64,000 nucleotides of DNA from an uncultured virus (IMG/VR IMGVR_UViG_3300027734_000054) (IMGVR_UViG_3300027734_000054), one strand, 5' to 3'. Counted from the stretch's first letter, positions 33,053 through 44,301 are shown. Notes: generated by a model from the letters alone, not told the origin. Numbers and translations: made by a program.

Positions 33053-33814
33053 TTATTCGAAGATGTCGTCCTCTATTTCAAAGTACTCGTCATCGTCGCC
33101 ACCCAAAAGGTCGGAGGTTCCCCCGTCTTTAGTCTTGGGATTTATTAGATTGTCTTTCGGCATTACTATTTCTGCCTCCTTAACCATACTACCATTTTTC
33201 ATGATATTCTGTAGATTTTCCATTAAAGATTTGTTACCTCTAACTTTAAGGGCATCCATATTATCTTTAGATTGTATTAGATTACCGTCTGAATCAAATT
33301 CTATATTTTCTTTGTTTATCTCTGCAGATTCGCTTTTTAATTGCTTATAGTTCTTTTCCATTTGAGTCATATAATTGGAAAAGTTTTTAGGCATTTGCAT
33401 TATCTGATTTTGTAGCTGTGCTAGAACCTCGAATAATCTTGGCTCCATTCTTCCTGAATCTATCTCCTCAACTAATTTTGATATAGCATGTTGAGCAGTT
33501 CTTATCTGAAAAGCCATTGTTGAAATATTTAATGCGTCTATCTTTTGTTTGTGTCTAATATAGTTATCAGCAGGAAGATTTTCCATATCATTATAAAACT
33601 TTGATAGCGAGTCTAGTATTGCTCTAGCTTCCACTTCGACCTCAGTTTTAACTGTATCTACATTTATAAACCTTTGAGGCTTCATTGGCGGTATATCAGG
33701 AGCACTTAATCCTGCAAGCATTTCGTCCGCCAAAATGATACCATCGAGCTTATCCTTGAGGTTAAGCTCTTGTTCCTTTGAAAGATTCTGTTTTTTAGGT
33801 TTTCTTCTTGGCAT
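33053..33814 (-). CDS. Probable terminase small subunit
   Basis: Helical protein with PRLFEVLAQL, immediately upstream of terL. Confidence 0.55.
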   Translation of the reverse strand: MPRRKPKKQNLSKEQELNLKDKLDGIILADEMLAGLSAPDIPPMKPQRFINVDTVKTEVEVEARAILDSLSKFYNDMENLPADNYIRHKQKIDALNISTMAFQIRTAQHAISKLVEEIDSGRMEPRLFEVLAQLQNQIMQMPKNFSNYMTQMEKNYKQLKSESAEINKENIEFDSDGNLIQSKDNMDALKVRGNKSLMENLQNIMKNGSMVKEAEIVMPKDNLINPKTKDGGTSDLLGGDDDEYFEIEDDIFE

Positions 33815-33817
33815 AAA

Positions 33818-36010
33818 TTATCTGTTTCTGGCAACTTTTGGAAGTTTCAGTACTGGTTTAGCATTGTCTATAATAATACCCAACTGAGCATCATCTATTA
33901 TATTTTGATTTAGAATTGTTGACTGTTTTTCCTCTTCTACCATATATTTAAAAAATCTAAAGTTCGTTGCCCATAAAGGACAAGATCTAGTTTTGTAAGC
34001 ATAATTATTAGTTCCATAAAAAGGACTATCATAATTTTCTTCTATAACAGGCGGTATATTAAATGTATATGCCTGAGTTGTTACCCCATCCAAAGAATGG
34101 ACTAAGCTCAAATCCGAAGTTTGAGTTGTTGGATTCTCTGGATCATAAGTTAACTTCCACACCTTTATTGAGTATTGTCTAAAAACGTTAGAAAAATTAA
34201 AAACGAATCCAAACCAATCATCAACGCTAGGTATAAAAGAACCTAATGTGCTTGCTATACCTTCTCCAAAAGGAGAAGATATCTCTAAGTTATTTATCCT
34301 TATTCTAAAACTACCTGTTTGTAGGTAGTTATTAGTAGTTGGGCTTCCAACAGAATTTGATCCGCTCCAAATGAAATCTAGATATAATCCCTGCCCATTA
34401 TAATAACCATCAAACAATATTCTAGACTGTGCTTTCTGTGCTTTCCATCCAGCAGTAGTAACTGGTGATGCTGCGCCTCCGTCCTTAACAGTAAATCTAA
34501 ATCCATCTACAATATTTAGTATTTCAAAACCACCAGATCTGATTGAGTCTCCTAGGATAGAAACATAACCATTAGGATTAGGCCTAATGTGAAAATTGTG
34601 AGGTATAGGATATGTTGTATAAGTTATTTCTCCACTTCCTATGTTATCTATTGAAATTGGTAATTTAGGTGAAGGCTTAGGAACTAATTTACTTCTGTCC
34701 AGATAATTTCTAGTTCTAAACCAGCACATAAATGATCTTTCATCTGCATCAGTAAGAACAGGATCTGCTTTCCATCTAACAGCATCTCTTTCTTCGTCAG
34801 TCCATCCAGAAGCAGGAGACACAGGATCTATAGTGTTTGGATCATCTACAAATATCTTATCTAGATCATAATAATTATTAAATACTATTGTCCAGTTGTT
34901 ATTTAGATCATATTCGATAATAGGTAGATCTTTATTTATGTATGATCTTGTAGGATCTTCTAATCTTCTCTGTGATGTAACCGCATATTGCTGTGGCTTA
35001 GTTGCGTCAGTTTCTTGATTTTTCACTTCTTCGCCAAATAAATCCTTTGTGTTTACTGTGTAATCGAGTAATCCAGTTCCATCCACAGCATCAGTAAATG
35101 TTGTGTTCTTTTGAACATCGTATTTTACTAATTGTATTTTAAAATATACTGGATAGTTATTTATGTCTCTAAAAACGTACATTGAATCTATACGGTAGAT
35201 TCTATTAGTTCTAGGAAAATAAATAATATCCCTCTTTCTTGGCTGAGATCCCTTACCAAAAATCCCTTCAAAATATTTTCTATCTATATGAATTTCAAAA
35301 GGCTGGTTAAAATTTAATCCCCAGGTTTCAAATGTTAAAGCTGCATCCGGGAATTGGTTATTAGGCACCATTACCTTCACGCATTTCTCATCAACAACGT
35401 CAAATAATGTATACTCTTTTAATAGAACATCTTTTCCTCTACCTTGTGGTTGTACTGAATAATACACCACCTCGTGGCCAAAAACATTATTTACAACCTT
35501 ACTTAGATCCTGATAGAGATTTATTGCTCTGTTTATATCATAAGGTCTAAATGTAAAATCACAATCGCTAAAAACTATAGGATAGTTAGTTAGCTCTCTT
35601 CCACAAATTGGTGCAGGCGGTGCTGTCATTAGATCTCTAGGATCCACAGTAGCATAAGTTAAATCCAGCTCAAAATCATTTAATATTATTGGAGGACTTA
35701 AATTAGTTCCTGGGGGAAAATAAGGGCTAGAATTTTCATCTGAAGCAGCAGTTAATCTTATTTCTATCCATAGGGGATTTGCCGGAGATATAGGAAGAGC
35801 CTGTACTGCTTGTTCTGTTAGCTCACTCCACAATGACCAGTTATCTCCATTAATACTCCATCTGAATTCCAGATAAAGAAAAATACTAGGAGGATTCTCT
35901 CCACTAGCATCTATAATCCATCCATTAAAACTTTGTACGTTCTTAAATGAATCGTTGTAGGAGATTATCCTATAATTGCCGATTGATGTAAATTCTATTA
36001 GTTCTGCCAT
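33818..36010 (-). CDS. Neck protein (gp14-like) with N- and C-terminal extensions
   Basis: FGHEVVYY, WGL....EIHI....FE..FG....P...DIIYFP..NR.Y pattern. Confidence 0.7.
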   Translation of the reverse strand: MAELIEFTSIGNYRIISYNDSFKNVQSFNGWIIDASGENPPSIFLYLEFRWSINGDNWSLWSELTEQAVQALPISPANPLWIEIRLTAASDENSSPYFPPGTNLSPPIILNDFELDLTYATVDPRDLMTAPPAPICGRELTNYPIVFSDCDFTFRPYDINRAINLYQDLSKVVNNVFGHEVVYYSVQPQGRGKDVLLKEYTLFDVVDEKCVKVMVPNNQFPDAALTFETWGLNFNQPFEIHIDRKYFEGIFGKGSQPRKRDIIYFPRTNRIYRIDSMYVFRDINNYPVYFKIQLVKYDVQKNTTFTDAVDGTGLLDYTVNTKDLFGEEVKNQETDATKPQQYAVTSQRRLEDPTRSYINKDLPIIEYDLNNNWTIVFNNYYDLDKIFVDDPNTIDPVSPASGWTDEERDAVRWKADPVLTDADERSFMCWFRTRNYLDRSKLVPKPSPKLPISIDNIGSGEITYTTYPIPHNFHIRPNPNGYVSILGDSIRSGGFEILNIVDGFRFTVKDGGAASPVTTAGWKAQKAQSRILFDGYYNGQGLYLDFIWSGSNSVGSPTTNNYLQTGSFRIRINNLEISSPFGEGIASTLGSFIPSVDDWFGFVFNFSNVFRQYSIKVWKLTYDPENPTTQTSDLSLVHSLDGVTTQAYTFNIPPVIEENYDSPFYGTNNYAYKTRSCPLWATNFRFFKYMVEEEKQSTILNQNIIDDAQLGIIIDNAKPVLKLPKVARNR

Positions 36011-36049
36011 TTTGGCTTTCTGTTTGTAATATATATCAGTAAAAATGTT

Positions 36050-36373
36050 ATGAAAAAATTAAGAGCAGCAATGGACAGGTTTAGCTTCGGTCAACTTACT
36101 TCAAATTCCGACGGTAAAACATCAGGAAGTGGTACGGCGGGACTTTATATTGTATTTATTGGAGGTGTTTGTTTTTTTCTTGGATGTATAGATAAAATGT
36201 TTCTTGATAAGAGTGTAGATATTTTAACACAATCTATTATTATGATATCTATAGGAGCAACACTTTTAGGATACAGAAAATCTAAAGATTCTGGTATTGA
36301 GGAGATAGAACCTGAAAAAATAAAAGAAACTGAAGAAACTCCTAATAACGAGGATCAGATGCTAAATTCTTAA
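36050..36373 (+). CDS. Small two-TM membrane protein (holin-like)
   Basis: Two hydrophobic helices and a charged C-tail. Confidence 0.55.
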   Translation: MKKLRAAMDRFSFGQLTSNSDGKTSGSGTAGLYIVFIGGVCFFLGCIDKMFLDKSVDILTQSIIMISIGATLLGYRKSKDSGIEEIEPEKIKETEETPNNEDQMLNS

Positions 36374-37206
36374 GGATTATAAGGAGCTTGACCCGTTGCT
36401 CCAGTCACACCTGTGATGTCCTTATTAATATCATAAATTCCAAGTCCACTTATAATTGTACTATTGTCTGGCGGAGCAGTACCTAATTCAACATTTAATT
36501 TTATTCCTCCTTGCATTAAGTTTCCTCTAAATCTTTCTGTCGTAAGATCTAACTGTGGAAGATAAGTCTCTAGGTCCATAGAGAAACTAAGTGTTATTGC
36601 TTCACCTCTCTGTGATCCGTAAGACATTTGAAAATTGTTAGGCTGTTTATCTGGAGGAGAATCTTGTAAGCTAACCTGAACAGGTACTCTAAATCCTTTG
36701 TAATAGAAGAAATATTGGAATCTTTTATAAAGTATTTCTAGAACGCTCTGTTGTATTTTAAAAGCATCCACTGTGGTATCTGCTTTTATTTTTGCACTTA
36801 TCTGTATTCCTAAAGGTATAGGATTTAAGTAAGAAGAATAAGTAACCATTTCGCTACCACTTCCTTTTTCGACTTCTTTTACATAAGAAGCCCTTACATA
36901 TTTAGTAGTCGCTCCTCCTGTGTCTATTCTTATTGCACCCATTTCCAATATTCCCCTAGGTACAACATCGTAGTTACCTTCAGCAAAAGCAGGATTACCG
37001 TCGCAATCTTCATAAGATAAATAGAAATCCTGTAAGAATGGCTCATCTCCTACCATAGAGTAGAAAAAAGGGATGTATATAGTACTACTGCTTTGGTCTG
37101 AATTGACCTGAGTATAAGTTATAGTCTCGTTCAGTTTACTAAGTAACCCTAAGATAATACCTCTAAAGAATACGTCGTCCGTATTAAATTTTTCTAAAAA
37201 ATTCAT
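36370..37206 (-). CDS. Tail terminator / sheath stabiliser (gp15-like)
   Basis: IPFFY, VPRG, PIP and LSFSMDLETYLP patterns, in the neck region. Confidence 0.7.
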   Translation of the reverse strand: MNFLEKFNTDDVFFRGIILGLLSKLNETITYTQVNSDQSSSTIYIPFFYSMVGDEPFLQDFYLSYEDCDGNPAFAEGNYDVVPRGILEMGAIRIDTGGATTKYVRASYVKEVEKGSGSEMVTYSSYLNPIPLGIQISAKIKADTTVDAFKIQQSVLEILYKRFQYFFYYKGFRVPVQVSLQDSPPDKQPNNFQMSYGSQRGEAITLSFSMDLETYLPQLDLTTERFRGNLMQGGIKLNVELGTAPPDNSTIISGLGIYDINKDITGVTGATGQAPYNP

Positions 37207-37207
37207 A

Positions 37208-37627
37208 TTAATTATTGTCTAATATTACGGAAGTACTATCGATAATGATTGGTTTGCTTCCATATTGGTATGGATCTTTATTAAGATTTATTATACCTAC
37301 TGCTGATTGTAAATAGATTGGAATATCTCTCATCTTAAATGTTAGAGGAGTCATGTTGCTGTTAGTGTAATCTGGATGTTGAAAATTACCAGTTGCATAT
37401 TCTACATCGGATAAAGATCTACACTCTATTAAAGATACTCCTATAAAATAAGATTTTAAATATCTTACCCCATCACTCGAAGAAACAGATACTTTAAATC
37501 TGTAAACAAAATACTCTTTTTGTGGAATATCGTCTACTAATGAATCAGGTTTTACTACCAGGAAGTAATTGTATCTTGGTGTAAGATTTCTAATCGATGT
37601 GGTACCTGCTGGATATACTTCTGCCAT
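37208..37627 (-). CDS. Hypothetical protein
   Basis: 139-aa ORF directly after GATATATA. Confidence 0.7.
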   Translation of the reverse strand: MAEVYPAGTTSIRNLTPRYNYFLVVKPDSLVDDIPQKEYFVYRFKVSVSSSDGVRYLKSYFIGVSLIECRSLSDVEYATGNFQHPDYTNSNMTPLTFKMRDIPIYLQSAVGIINLNKDPYQYGSKPIIIDSTSVILDNN

Positions 37628-37649
37628 GTTTTATATATCCGAAGGGGAT

Positions 37650-39317
37650 TTAAGATAACTTTTCAAAAGCAATATCCGAGAAATTGTTCTTCTTTGATAT
37701 TTCTATTTTGTAATCGAATATCTCTGTGGGCATCGGAGCATGATTAATTACAAAAATGTTCATACTTAAATCATCAGATAATTTTCTTAATGTATTTAGT
37801 ATGCTGTGAACTCCATCAGGATCTACAGAGCTAAATATCTCGTCAAGGAATAATATATTAACTGACGAGAATCTGATTTTCATCAACTTGATGATTGCTA
37901 CAAGTACTGCAAAGTCAACTTTTTTCATTTCTCCAGTTGATAATGTCTGTGAAGATATCTCTTCCCCCATATGAAATATCTGAGCATTAAATTCCTCGTT
38001 AAATACCACTTTATAAGGCAAATGAAGCGATAGAAGTGTATTAAGTATCTCATTATTAAGCGAGGGGAGAATAGACTTAATAGCGAGCTGCTTAACGCCC
38101 TTCTCGCTTAATACTTCATCTAAGGTCTTAACCCATATTTGTCTTTCTTCCCATACGGTTTTTTCCTGACTAAAATTTGATAGATCATCATTAGCAGAAT
38201 TTAATAGTTTACGTATAGAATTTAACTGATCATTATTCTTGGCAGTCTTAAGTGTTTTTAATTTATCTTGTAAAGTTCTTATTGCACTCTCAATCTTTCC
38301 TCCCTTGGTAAATAAATCATTTTTAATAGTTGCTAAATCTGATTGTACCTTTTTAGCATCCTCGTAATTCTTCTTTAAATCCTTGAGATCGTCTGTGTAT
38401 TTTTCCCTTGTATTTGATAGATCGTCAAATACGTTTTTATGAAAATCTGTAGAAAGATCCGATTTACATGTGGGGCATTTTTCATTGTTATACAGATTCA
38501 TTTTAGAATCTAGTTCTTTTATTTTAGAGGAAAGATCACTTAAAATCTCGTATGATTTTGTTACGTTCCTCTGAGCTTCATTTTCTTTACTTCTAAAATC
38601 TTTAAGCTTGTCTGAATGCAGTTTAAGTAGCTCTCTGTAATTTTCTAAATTTTCCTCTGCACTTCCTATTTCAGATCCTGCGTTTTCTACTATTCTTTGT
38701 TGTAGCTCATCTAGTTCTTTTTGAGAAGCTGCTATAGATCTTCCTGTTGCAAATATCTCACCAGATAACCTGTCTATTGATGATTTAATATTCTTTGTTT
38801 CTTCTTTGAGAATATCTCTCATTTCGTTTAGAATATAAAACCCAAAGATCTTATCAATAATTAATTTCTTATCAGCTGTGCTCATCTTGAGAAAGCTTTT
38901 AAAATCGTTAATTGATAATGATATAGTGTTATTAAATACGTAGTATGGTATCTTTAATATGTCATTAGATAGAAAGTCCTGTACATTATCCTTACCTGCT
39001 TGATCATAGATATTCCCATCTATCGAAAGCTGAAAAAGAGATGGGTCTAAACCCCTCTCAACCTCATATATTCTACCATCCTGCTCGAATGTTATTTTCA
39101 TCCATGCAGATTTATTAGATCTATTGGGAATATCCTTTAGTTTTTTCCCTTCTAATTTACCATATAGACCGAAAGTAATAACATCGGAAATAGTTGATTT
39201 ACCAACACCATTTTCACCTACAACCTGTATAAGTCCAGATTTTTCCGGTAATTCTAAAATCTGGGTCTTATTACCATAAGAGGCAACGTTTCTCCACTCA
39301 ATCTTCTGTATCTTCAT
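37650..39317 (-). CDS. Recombination ATPase (gp46/SbcC/Rad50-like)
   Basis: GENGVGKS, CPTC zinc hook, LSTGE signature, LDE. Confidence 0.95.
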   Translation of the reverse strand: MKIQKIEWRNVASYGNKTQILELPEKSGLIQVVGENGVGKSTISDVITFGLYGKLEGKKLKDIPNRSNKSAWMKITFEQDGRIYEVERGLDPSLFQLSIDGNIYDQAGKDNVQDFLSNDILKIPYYVFNNTISLSINDFKSFLKMSTADKKLIIDKIFGFYILNEMRDILKEETKNIKSSIDRLSGEIFATGRSIAASQKELDELQQRIVENAGSEIGSAEENLENYRELLKLHSDKLKDFRSKENEAQRNVTKSYEILSDLSSKIKELDSKMNLYNNEKCPTCKSDLSTDFHKNVFDDLSNTREKYTDDLKDLKKNYEDAKKVQSDLATIKNDLFTKGGKIESAIRTLQDKLKTLKTAKNNDQLNSIRKLLNSANDDLSNFSQEKTVWEERQIWVKTLDEVLSEKGVKQLAIKSILPSLNNEILNTLLSLHLPYKVVFNEEFNAQIFHMGEEISSQTLSTGEMKKVDFAVLVAIIKLMKIRFSSVNILFLDEIFSSVDPDGVHSILNTLRKLSDDLSMNIFVINHAPMPTEIFDYKIEISKKNNFSDIAFEKLS

Positions 39318-40407
39318 CTTCTTCTACTTTGACTGAAACCTTGTGTAAAAGTTTTTCTATTGCTTTATAAATCTTAGTTTTCTTATCGTCCTCGTAATTA
39401 CATTTATCTAGATATAACTGTGTAAGATCTAATATAGAAAAGCTCTTACCCTCTAGATCGTGAAATCCTTCGTCTACAACTTCATGATCGTTGCTAGTAA
39501 TAGGAGTGAAAGAAATTTTAAGCGGGGGATTTACATATTCTGTTAATAATCCAAGTGGTGCTTTAACTGCAACTTCTGGATCTACTAATATGTCGATAAA
39601 ATTATTTTTAAAAATTGGATTTAGCTCTGAAGGCGTAGAATTCAATATTTGTTCGAATGACATCCTAACAAATCTTGGAGAATAATTGTTTTCGTAGTAT
39701 TCTTCAAATCCTGTCTCTAGGTCCAAAACAGTTATACCTTTAGCATTATCTGTATCAGATCTTGTTAGTTGATACGGGGATCCTAGCATTCTCATTTTAC
39801 CAAATGTCTGAGAGAAATGAATATGCCCAGAATAAACTCTTTCAAATTTATCCATATCTGAATATTCAAGCCCTGCTTCAATTCTAACAAACTTATTGAA
39901 CATAAGCCCTTTTAGATCTGTATGGCAGAACATATAATCATGGGTTTTCGCTTGAGATAATGTTTCCCTTTCTGCTTCGTGATCCTTTCTCCATGGCATT
40001 AGAAAAACTTTCTTAGGACCCATTTGTATTGTCTCTGGTTCCTCGAATATTTTAATCTTTGGTATCCATTTTAAAGATTTTAAAGAGTTGACCTCGTTGG
40101 TATTTTTACCATAGATGTCGTGATTTCCGCATATTATAAAGATACCATCTTTAAAAATGCCGGATAATTCCTCGAAAATTTCTATTCCAAGATTAAGTAC
40201 CCTAAGATTTAATGATTGTCTACTATCGTAAACATCGCCAAGATGAACTAAACAATCACCCGGTCTATAAATCTTCTTACATAATGGTATAAACCAGTTC
40301 TTAAAATAGTCCTCGTGTATTTCGATCCAATCGTTAGAATTGTTTCTTACACCTAAGTGAGTATCGGTAATAAAAATTACTCTCTTTATTTTTGGAAAAT
40401 CTAGCAT
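39298..40407 (-). CDS. Recombination nuclease (gp47/SbcD/Mre11-like)
   Basis: DTHLG, GDVYD, GNHD, GHIH, GSPYQ. Confidence 0.95.
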   Translation of the reverse strand: MLDFPKIKRVIFITDTHLGVRNNSNDWIEIHEDYFKNWFIPLCKKIYRPGDCLVHLGDVYDSRQSLNLRVLNLGIEIFEELSGIFKDGIFIICGNHDIYGKNTNEVNSLKSLKWIPKIKIFEEPETIQMGPKKVFLMPWRKDHEAERETLSQAKTHDYMFCHTDLKGLMFNKFVRIEAGLEYSDMDKFERVYSGHIHFSQTFGKMRMLGSPYQLTRSDTDNAKGITVLDLETGFEEYYENNYSPRFVRMSFEQILNSTPSELNPIFKNNFIDILVDPEVAVKAPLGLLTEYVNPPLKISFTPITSNDHEVVDEGFHDLEGKSFSILDLTQLYLDKCNYEDDKKTKIYKAIEKLLHKVSVKVEEDEDTED

Positions 40408-40880
40408 TAAAATATTTTTTTAATACCTTTCTTACTTAGAATACCATATTTTTTGTCCATTTCTTGAACTATAATCTCTTTATATTTCATATGGATAGAT
40501 TCATAAGCTTTCTGGTAATTAATAGCTGTATAGTCACATATTGCAACAAATTTCTCTACCATTGAGAATTCTGTTTCCTCTAATTCCTTAAGAATATCCT
40601 GAAATATTAAAGGGATAAGATCTTTGGGAATCTTTTTACTTGGACTAATAATTGTCCACCTAGATCTTAAAAATATCTCATCTATCTTGGAATTTAGCTT
40701 AACTGAATGTAAATATTCCTCGTCCTCGTAAGTGACCGTAGATTGTAAACTTCTATAGTCTAGGTTGGGATCAACTTCGAATTCTTCTAGCTCTACGTTT
40801 TTGGATTCTATATCCTCAATCTCAGGGTTTAGGTCAAGATCTTTCGCATCATCTTCAATCAGTTTTTTTTGTTTTTTCAT
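40407..40880 (-). CDS. Hypothetical acidic protein
   Basis: 157-aa ORF overlapping both neighbours by 1 nt. Confidence 0.7.
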   Translation of the reverse strand: MKKQKKLIEDDAKDLDLNPEIEDIESKNVELEEFEVDPNLDYRSLQSTVTYEDEEYLHSVKLNSKIDEIFLRSRWTIISPSKKIPKDLIPLIFQDILKELEETEFSMVEKFVAICDYTAINYQKAYESIHMKYKEIIVQEMDKKYGILSKKGIKKIF

Positions 40881-42181
40881 TAATCGTTCATTATTTGAGA
40901 ATTAGGATCCTCTGAGATTCTCATAAAATTGTAATCAACTAGGAATTTCCTGTATGAGTTTTTATATCCCTCGTCCCTGTTTGCTAGTAGCTTCAATTTA
41001 TATTCTCCTGCCGTATACATTAACGGATCTTGAATAATACCAAACATTCCATCAACTGTAGCCACTAAGCCAGAAGATTCAGATGCTGAATTCATACTTA
41101 AATCAGTAGCATCAAATTCGCTTTGTTTTGTTTGTGTTGCAGTTACTATAGCCCATTCATTTCTTTGTGCAGCAGCTCTAAGATCTTCTGCAATCTGTTT
41201 GATCTTCATATAAGTATTCTCAGAATTTGGATTTCTCCAGTTCTTCATAATATTAATGTAGTCTATAATAACAATCTTAAATTTTATTCCCATTATCTGC
41301 TCTGTTTTAGAAAGCCAGTTTTCCACGTCTATTGCAGATGCTTGCGATGTTGGAAATTCCTTAACGACTAATTGACCAGGGGTTGCTAAATTGTCAAATC
41401 CAATGTTTCTAATTTTTTTCTTTAGTAACTCGTCATTGTCAGCAGTATTCTTATATTCTGACATTCTAATACCTAGAAGATTAGATCCTAATCTTTTCAT
41501 ATATTTTCTGTCACCTAACTCGAGAGTAATAATAGCAACATTATTAGAAGCTCTTACAGCTTGTGATGCTATATTTCCTAGCCATAGTGTTTTACCAACT
41601 TTAGGTTGTCCCAACAAAACATATAATGATTTAGCAGAAAACCCTCCTCCTAAGCAGTAGTCAATATATTCATATCCGCTGGAGAATGTGCTGTTAGCGT
41701 ATTGTTTATGAGCTTCCGGATCATTAAAGTTTAATCCCATATCAAATGAGAAATCCACTTTGTTTCTATCAACAACAATTGATTTGTAAGTGTTAATTAC
41801 ATCCTTAATATTGTCAGGAGTTACATCGGTACTTTTAATATAATTAATAGAGTCAACCGCACTTTTTTCTAGTGTCTTCCACTCTATCCAAGATTCGGTA
41901 TTTTGTTGTAACCAATCTAGATCGTAATCGCTTAATGATATAGACCACATAGATTCCAATAAGGAATCAGTAAGTTTGTCTTCAATCTTTAAAAGCTTGG
42001 CAGATTCTCTAACCTGATTTTTGCTCGGGATTTGCTGATATTTTTTCCAAAAAGATTTTACAACTTTAAAAGCCTCTTGATAATCCGTGTTCTTGAAGTA
42101 GTTAGATTCCGTTGCTTCAATATAAGCAGGATTATCGATCACTGCTTTAAACCAAATATTTTCTAAGTGTTGATTCTGCAT
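40880..42181 (-). CDS. Replicative DNA helicase (gp41/DnaB-like)
   Basis: GQPKVGKT, ITLE, IDYINIM, TATQT, SESSG. Confidence 0.93.
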   Translation of the reverse strand: MQNQHLENIWFKAVIDNPAYIEATESNYFKNTDYQEAFKVVKSFWKKYQQIPSKNQVRESAKLLKIEDKLTDSLLESMWSISLSDYDLDWLQQNTESWIEWKTLEKSAVDSINYIKSTDVTPDNIKDVINTYKSIVVDRNKVDFSFDMGLNFNDPEAHKQYANSTFSSGYEYIDYCLGGGFSAKSLYVLLGQPKVGKTLWLGNIASQAVRASNNVAIITLELGDRKYMKRLGSNLLGIRMSEYKNTADNDELLKKKIRNIGFDNLATPGQLVVKEFPTSQASAIDVENWLSKTEQIMGIKFKIVIIDYINIMKNWRNPNSENTYMKIKQIAEDLRAAAQRNEWAIVTATQTKQSEFDATDLSMNSASESSGLVATVDGMFGIIQDPLMYTAGEYKLKLLANRDEGYKNSYRKFLVDYNFMRISEDPNSQIMND

Positions 42182-42184
42182 TTT

Positions 42185-42478
42185 TTAATAATGTGGGTTA
42201 TCCTTTATTTTGTACCAATTTTTATTTCCTAAAGTTTTTTCAGTTTTCTCGAAAATCTCCGTTTCTATTAATTCTTTTACAGCATCTCCAAATTTTTCAC
42301 TTTCCCAATTCTCCGGTAAAAATGAATTGAAAGTCTGATCTGAGAATTCCCCATCAGGTCTTCCATCTTTAATTAGATAAGAATTAAGCTCGTATATAAC
42401 ATCTTCTTTTGTTGGGTATTCTGGAAGATCTCTCCATATACCTAGAAGATATTTCATTTTAAGTTTACTCTTCTCCAT
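42185..42478 (-). CDS. Hypothetical protein
   Basis: 97-aa ORF between uvsX and the helicase. Confidence 0.7.
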   Translation of the reverse strand: MEKSKLKMKYLLGIWRDLPEYPTKEDVIYELNSYLIKDGRPDGEFSDQTFNSFLPENWESEKFGDAVKELIETEIFEKTEKTLGNKNWYKIKDNPHY

Positions 42479-43628
42479 CTTCTCCTTCAGTATCTAATTC
42501 AGGCTCAGCTAATATTGCTAATTCGTTTTCATCAAAAAGATCTGGCAATAAGAAATGAGGTTTAATTACTTTTTCGTCAATCATATGTAGAACCTCATCT
42601 GTGAATATTTCACCAGAGAATAATTGTGACGAAGTAACGGTTTTACCTAAGTGCTTGATTGCCCATCTCGTTGACGAAGCATTAGGAGTAAATTCCATTT
42701 CTCCTGTTTTCTTGTCAACCTCTAATTTACCTCTTTCGATCCCGCAAATTTCCCAAGAAGTAAAATCTTGTAATCCCACGTAAGGATTCATACCATTCAT
42801 GAATGAGATATGGAATTTAACTGGATAGGGTCTAGTAAATCTTGCTTTCTTAGGCGTTGATGTTACAATAATTCCTGTTTTTGTGTCATTCTCTTTTAAT
42901 TGTGCTTTAGAAAGCATAATAACATTACTCATTGAAAAAATAGGACCGTCACCACCAGATGCTTCTTTCGTTGGCATAAATCCACCTATTCCTCCTGTTG
43001 TCGTGTGATTAGTGCATATCAATGGAATTCTAACCCCTGTTAGGTCTAGTGTTATAACACGGAAAAGAGATCTCATTTCTTTAGATCTTAATCCCATGTC
43101 CATTGCGCTCTTACCTTTGACTGCATCTCCTGTTTCTTTATCGGTACTAAGCATACCAAGAGAATCTAAAATGATCATGATTTTAGGTTCTGCTCCTTCT
43201 TTTCTTGCATTCTTAACTTTTTCTAAAATATTTGTTGTGAATATTTTAAAGTCATTAATAGTCTTAATAGGCTGGTATCGAACTCTAGTTGGATCGACTC
43301 CAAATTTTTTGGCTGAGCTTTTATCTATAGCACCTTCAGTGTCACAATAAATAACATCATAATCTTGCTTCTGAGCTTCTCTTGTAATATTCATTGCAAG
43401 AAATGTTTTACCTGTAGAAGGATCGCCTGCAATTCCTATTGATCTGTTATTTGCTATACCTCCAAACAAACTTCCTGAAAGCTGAGCATTTAAAAGATAA
43501 TTACCCGTCGAAATCCATTCTGTTGTTTTTGAAAACTCATTGGTTTCTAAAATTGATCCCATTTCAAATCCATCGATCTTTGAAAGGGCTTTGTCTAATT
43601 CTGTAAACGAAAATTCTTTTTTTGCCAT
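42465..43628 (-). CDS. uvsX: RecA-like recombinase
   Basis: STGNYLLN, GDPSTGKT, DTE, DSLG, SGG.G motifs. Confidence 0.93.
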   Translation of the reverse strand: MAKKEFSFTELDKALSKIDGFEMGSILETNEFSKTTEWISTGNYLLNAQLSGSLFGGIANNRSIGIAGDPSTGKTFLAMNITREAQKQDYDVIYCDTEGAIDKSSAKKFGVDPTRVRYQPIKTINDFKIFTTNILEKVKNARKEGAEPKIMIILDSLGMLSTDKETGDAVKGKSAMDMGLRSKEMRSLFRVITLDLTGVRIPLICTNHTTTGGIGGFMPTKEASGGDGPIFSMSNVIMLSKAQLKENDTKTGIIVTSTPKKARFTRPYPVKFHISFMNGMNPYVGLQDFTSWEICGIERGKLEVDKKTGEMEFTPNASSTRWAIKHLGKTVTSSQLFSGEIFTDEVLHMIDEKVIKPHFLLPDLFDENELAILAEPELDTEGEDGEE

Positions 43629-43638
43629 ATTATTTTTA

Positions 43639-43944
43639 TTATTTAGTTATCTTACATCTTGCTTTAGTAATAATTTCAGAATCCTTTAATTCCTCATTTC
43701 CAAATCTTCCATCCATTTCACTAAGAATGTATAGATCTTTCCCTATTTCTCTTGCTACGTTTTCCAATTGCTCTTTTTCTTTAGTTACATCAATATCACC
43801 ATACCAAATTTTACCCTCTCCTAAAACAAAAATATTTGAATTAAAATAAACTTCATTGTCTGGAAATCTATCTCGGTAGGATGATTTAGAAGAAGAAATC
43901 ATTCTTCCACGGAGCAATTTTTCACTTTCAAAAATTTCTTCCAT
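43639..43944 (-). CDS. Hypothetical protein
   Basis: 101-aa ORF in the strand orientation of its neighbours. Confidence 0.7.
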   Translation of the reverse strand: MEEIFESEKLLRGRMISSSKSSYRDRFPDNEVYFNSNIFVLGEGKIWYGDIDVTKEKEQLENVAREIGKDLYILSEMDGRFGNEELKDSEIITKARCKITK

Positions 43945-43980
43945 AAGTTGTTTTCTTTATTATACCCCTATTAAACCGTT

Positions 43981-44259
43981 TTAATTCAACGGTTTTGAAT
44001 TATTTTTAAAACTTCTCTTAAGATTAAGAAGTTTAGAACAAGCTTCAAAGTTCTGGGATTCCTCGTTCCATTCAATAAGGGTATCTAGAGTTTTTTCTGC
44101 CTCAATTGGATTATCATCCAATGCCTCAGAAAACAAAAAAGGAGAAGAAAGCCATAGCTTTGTTTTCTTCTCCTTATCAATAATATATTCAGGTTTTTCT
44201 ATATAAATAAAATATCTACCGTCGGGAGATCTTTTAATATATTTTTTGCCCTTTTCCAT
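43981..44259 (-). CDS. Hypothetical protein with UVR-like motif
   Basis: E..QNFEACSKL pattern and an upstream promoter. Confidence 0.6.
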   Translation of the reverse strand: MEKGKKYIKRSPDGRYFIYIEKPEYIIDKEKKTKLWLSSPFLFSEALDDNPIEAEKTLDTLIEWNEESQNFEACSKLLNLKRSFKNNSKPLN

Positions 44260-44301
44260 ACTATATTTATAGTAGAAAAAGACAAATAAGTTTCCAAGTT
44301 C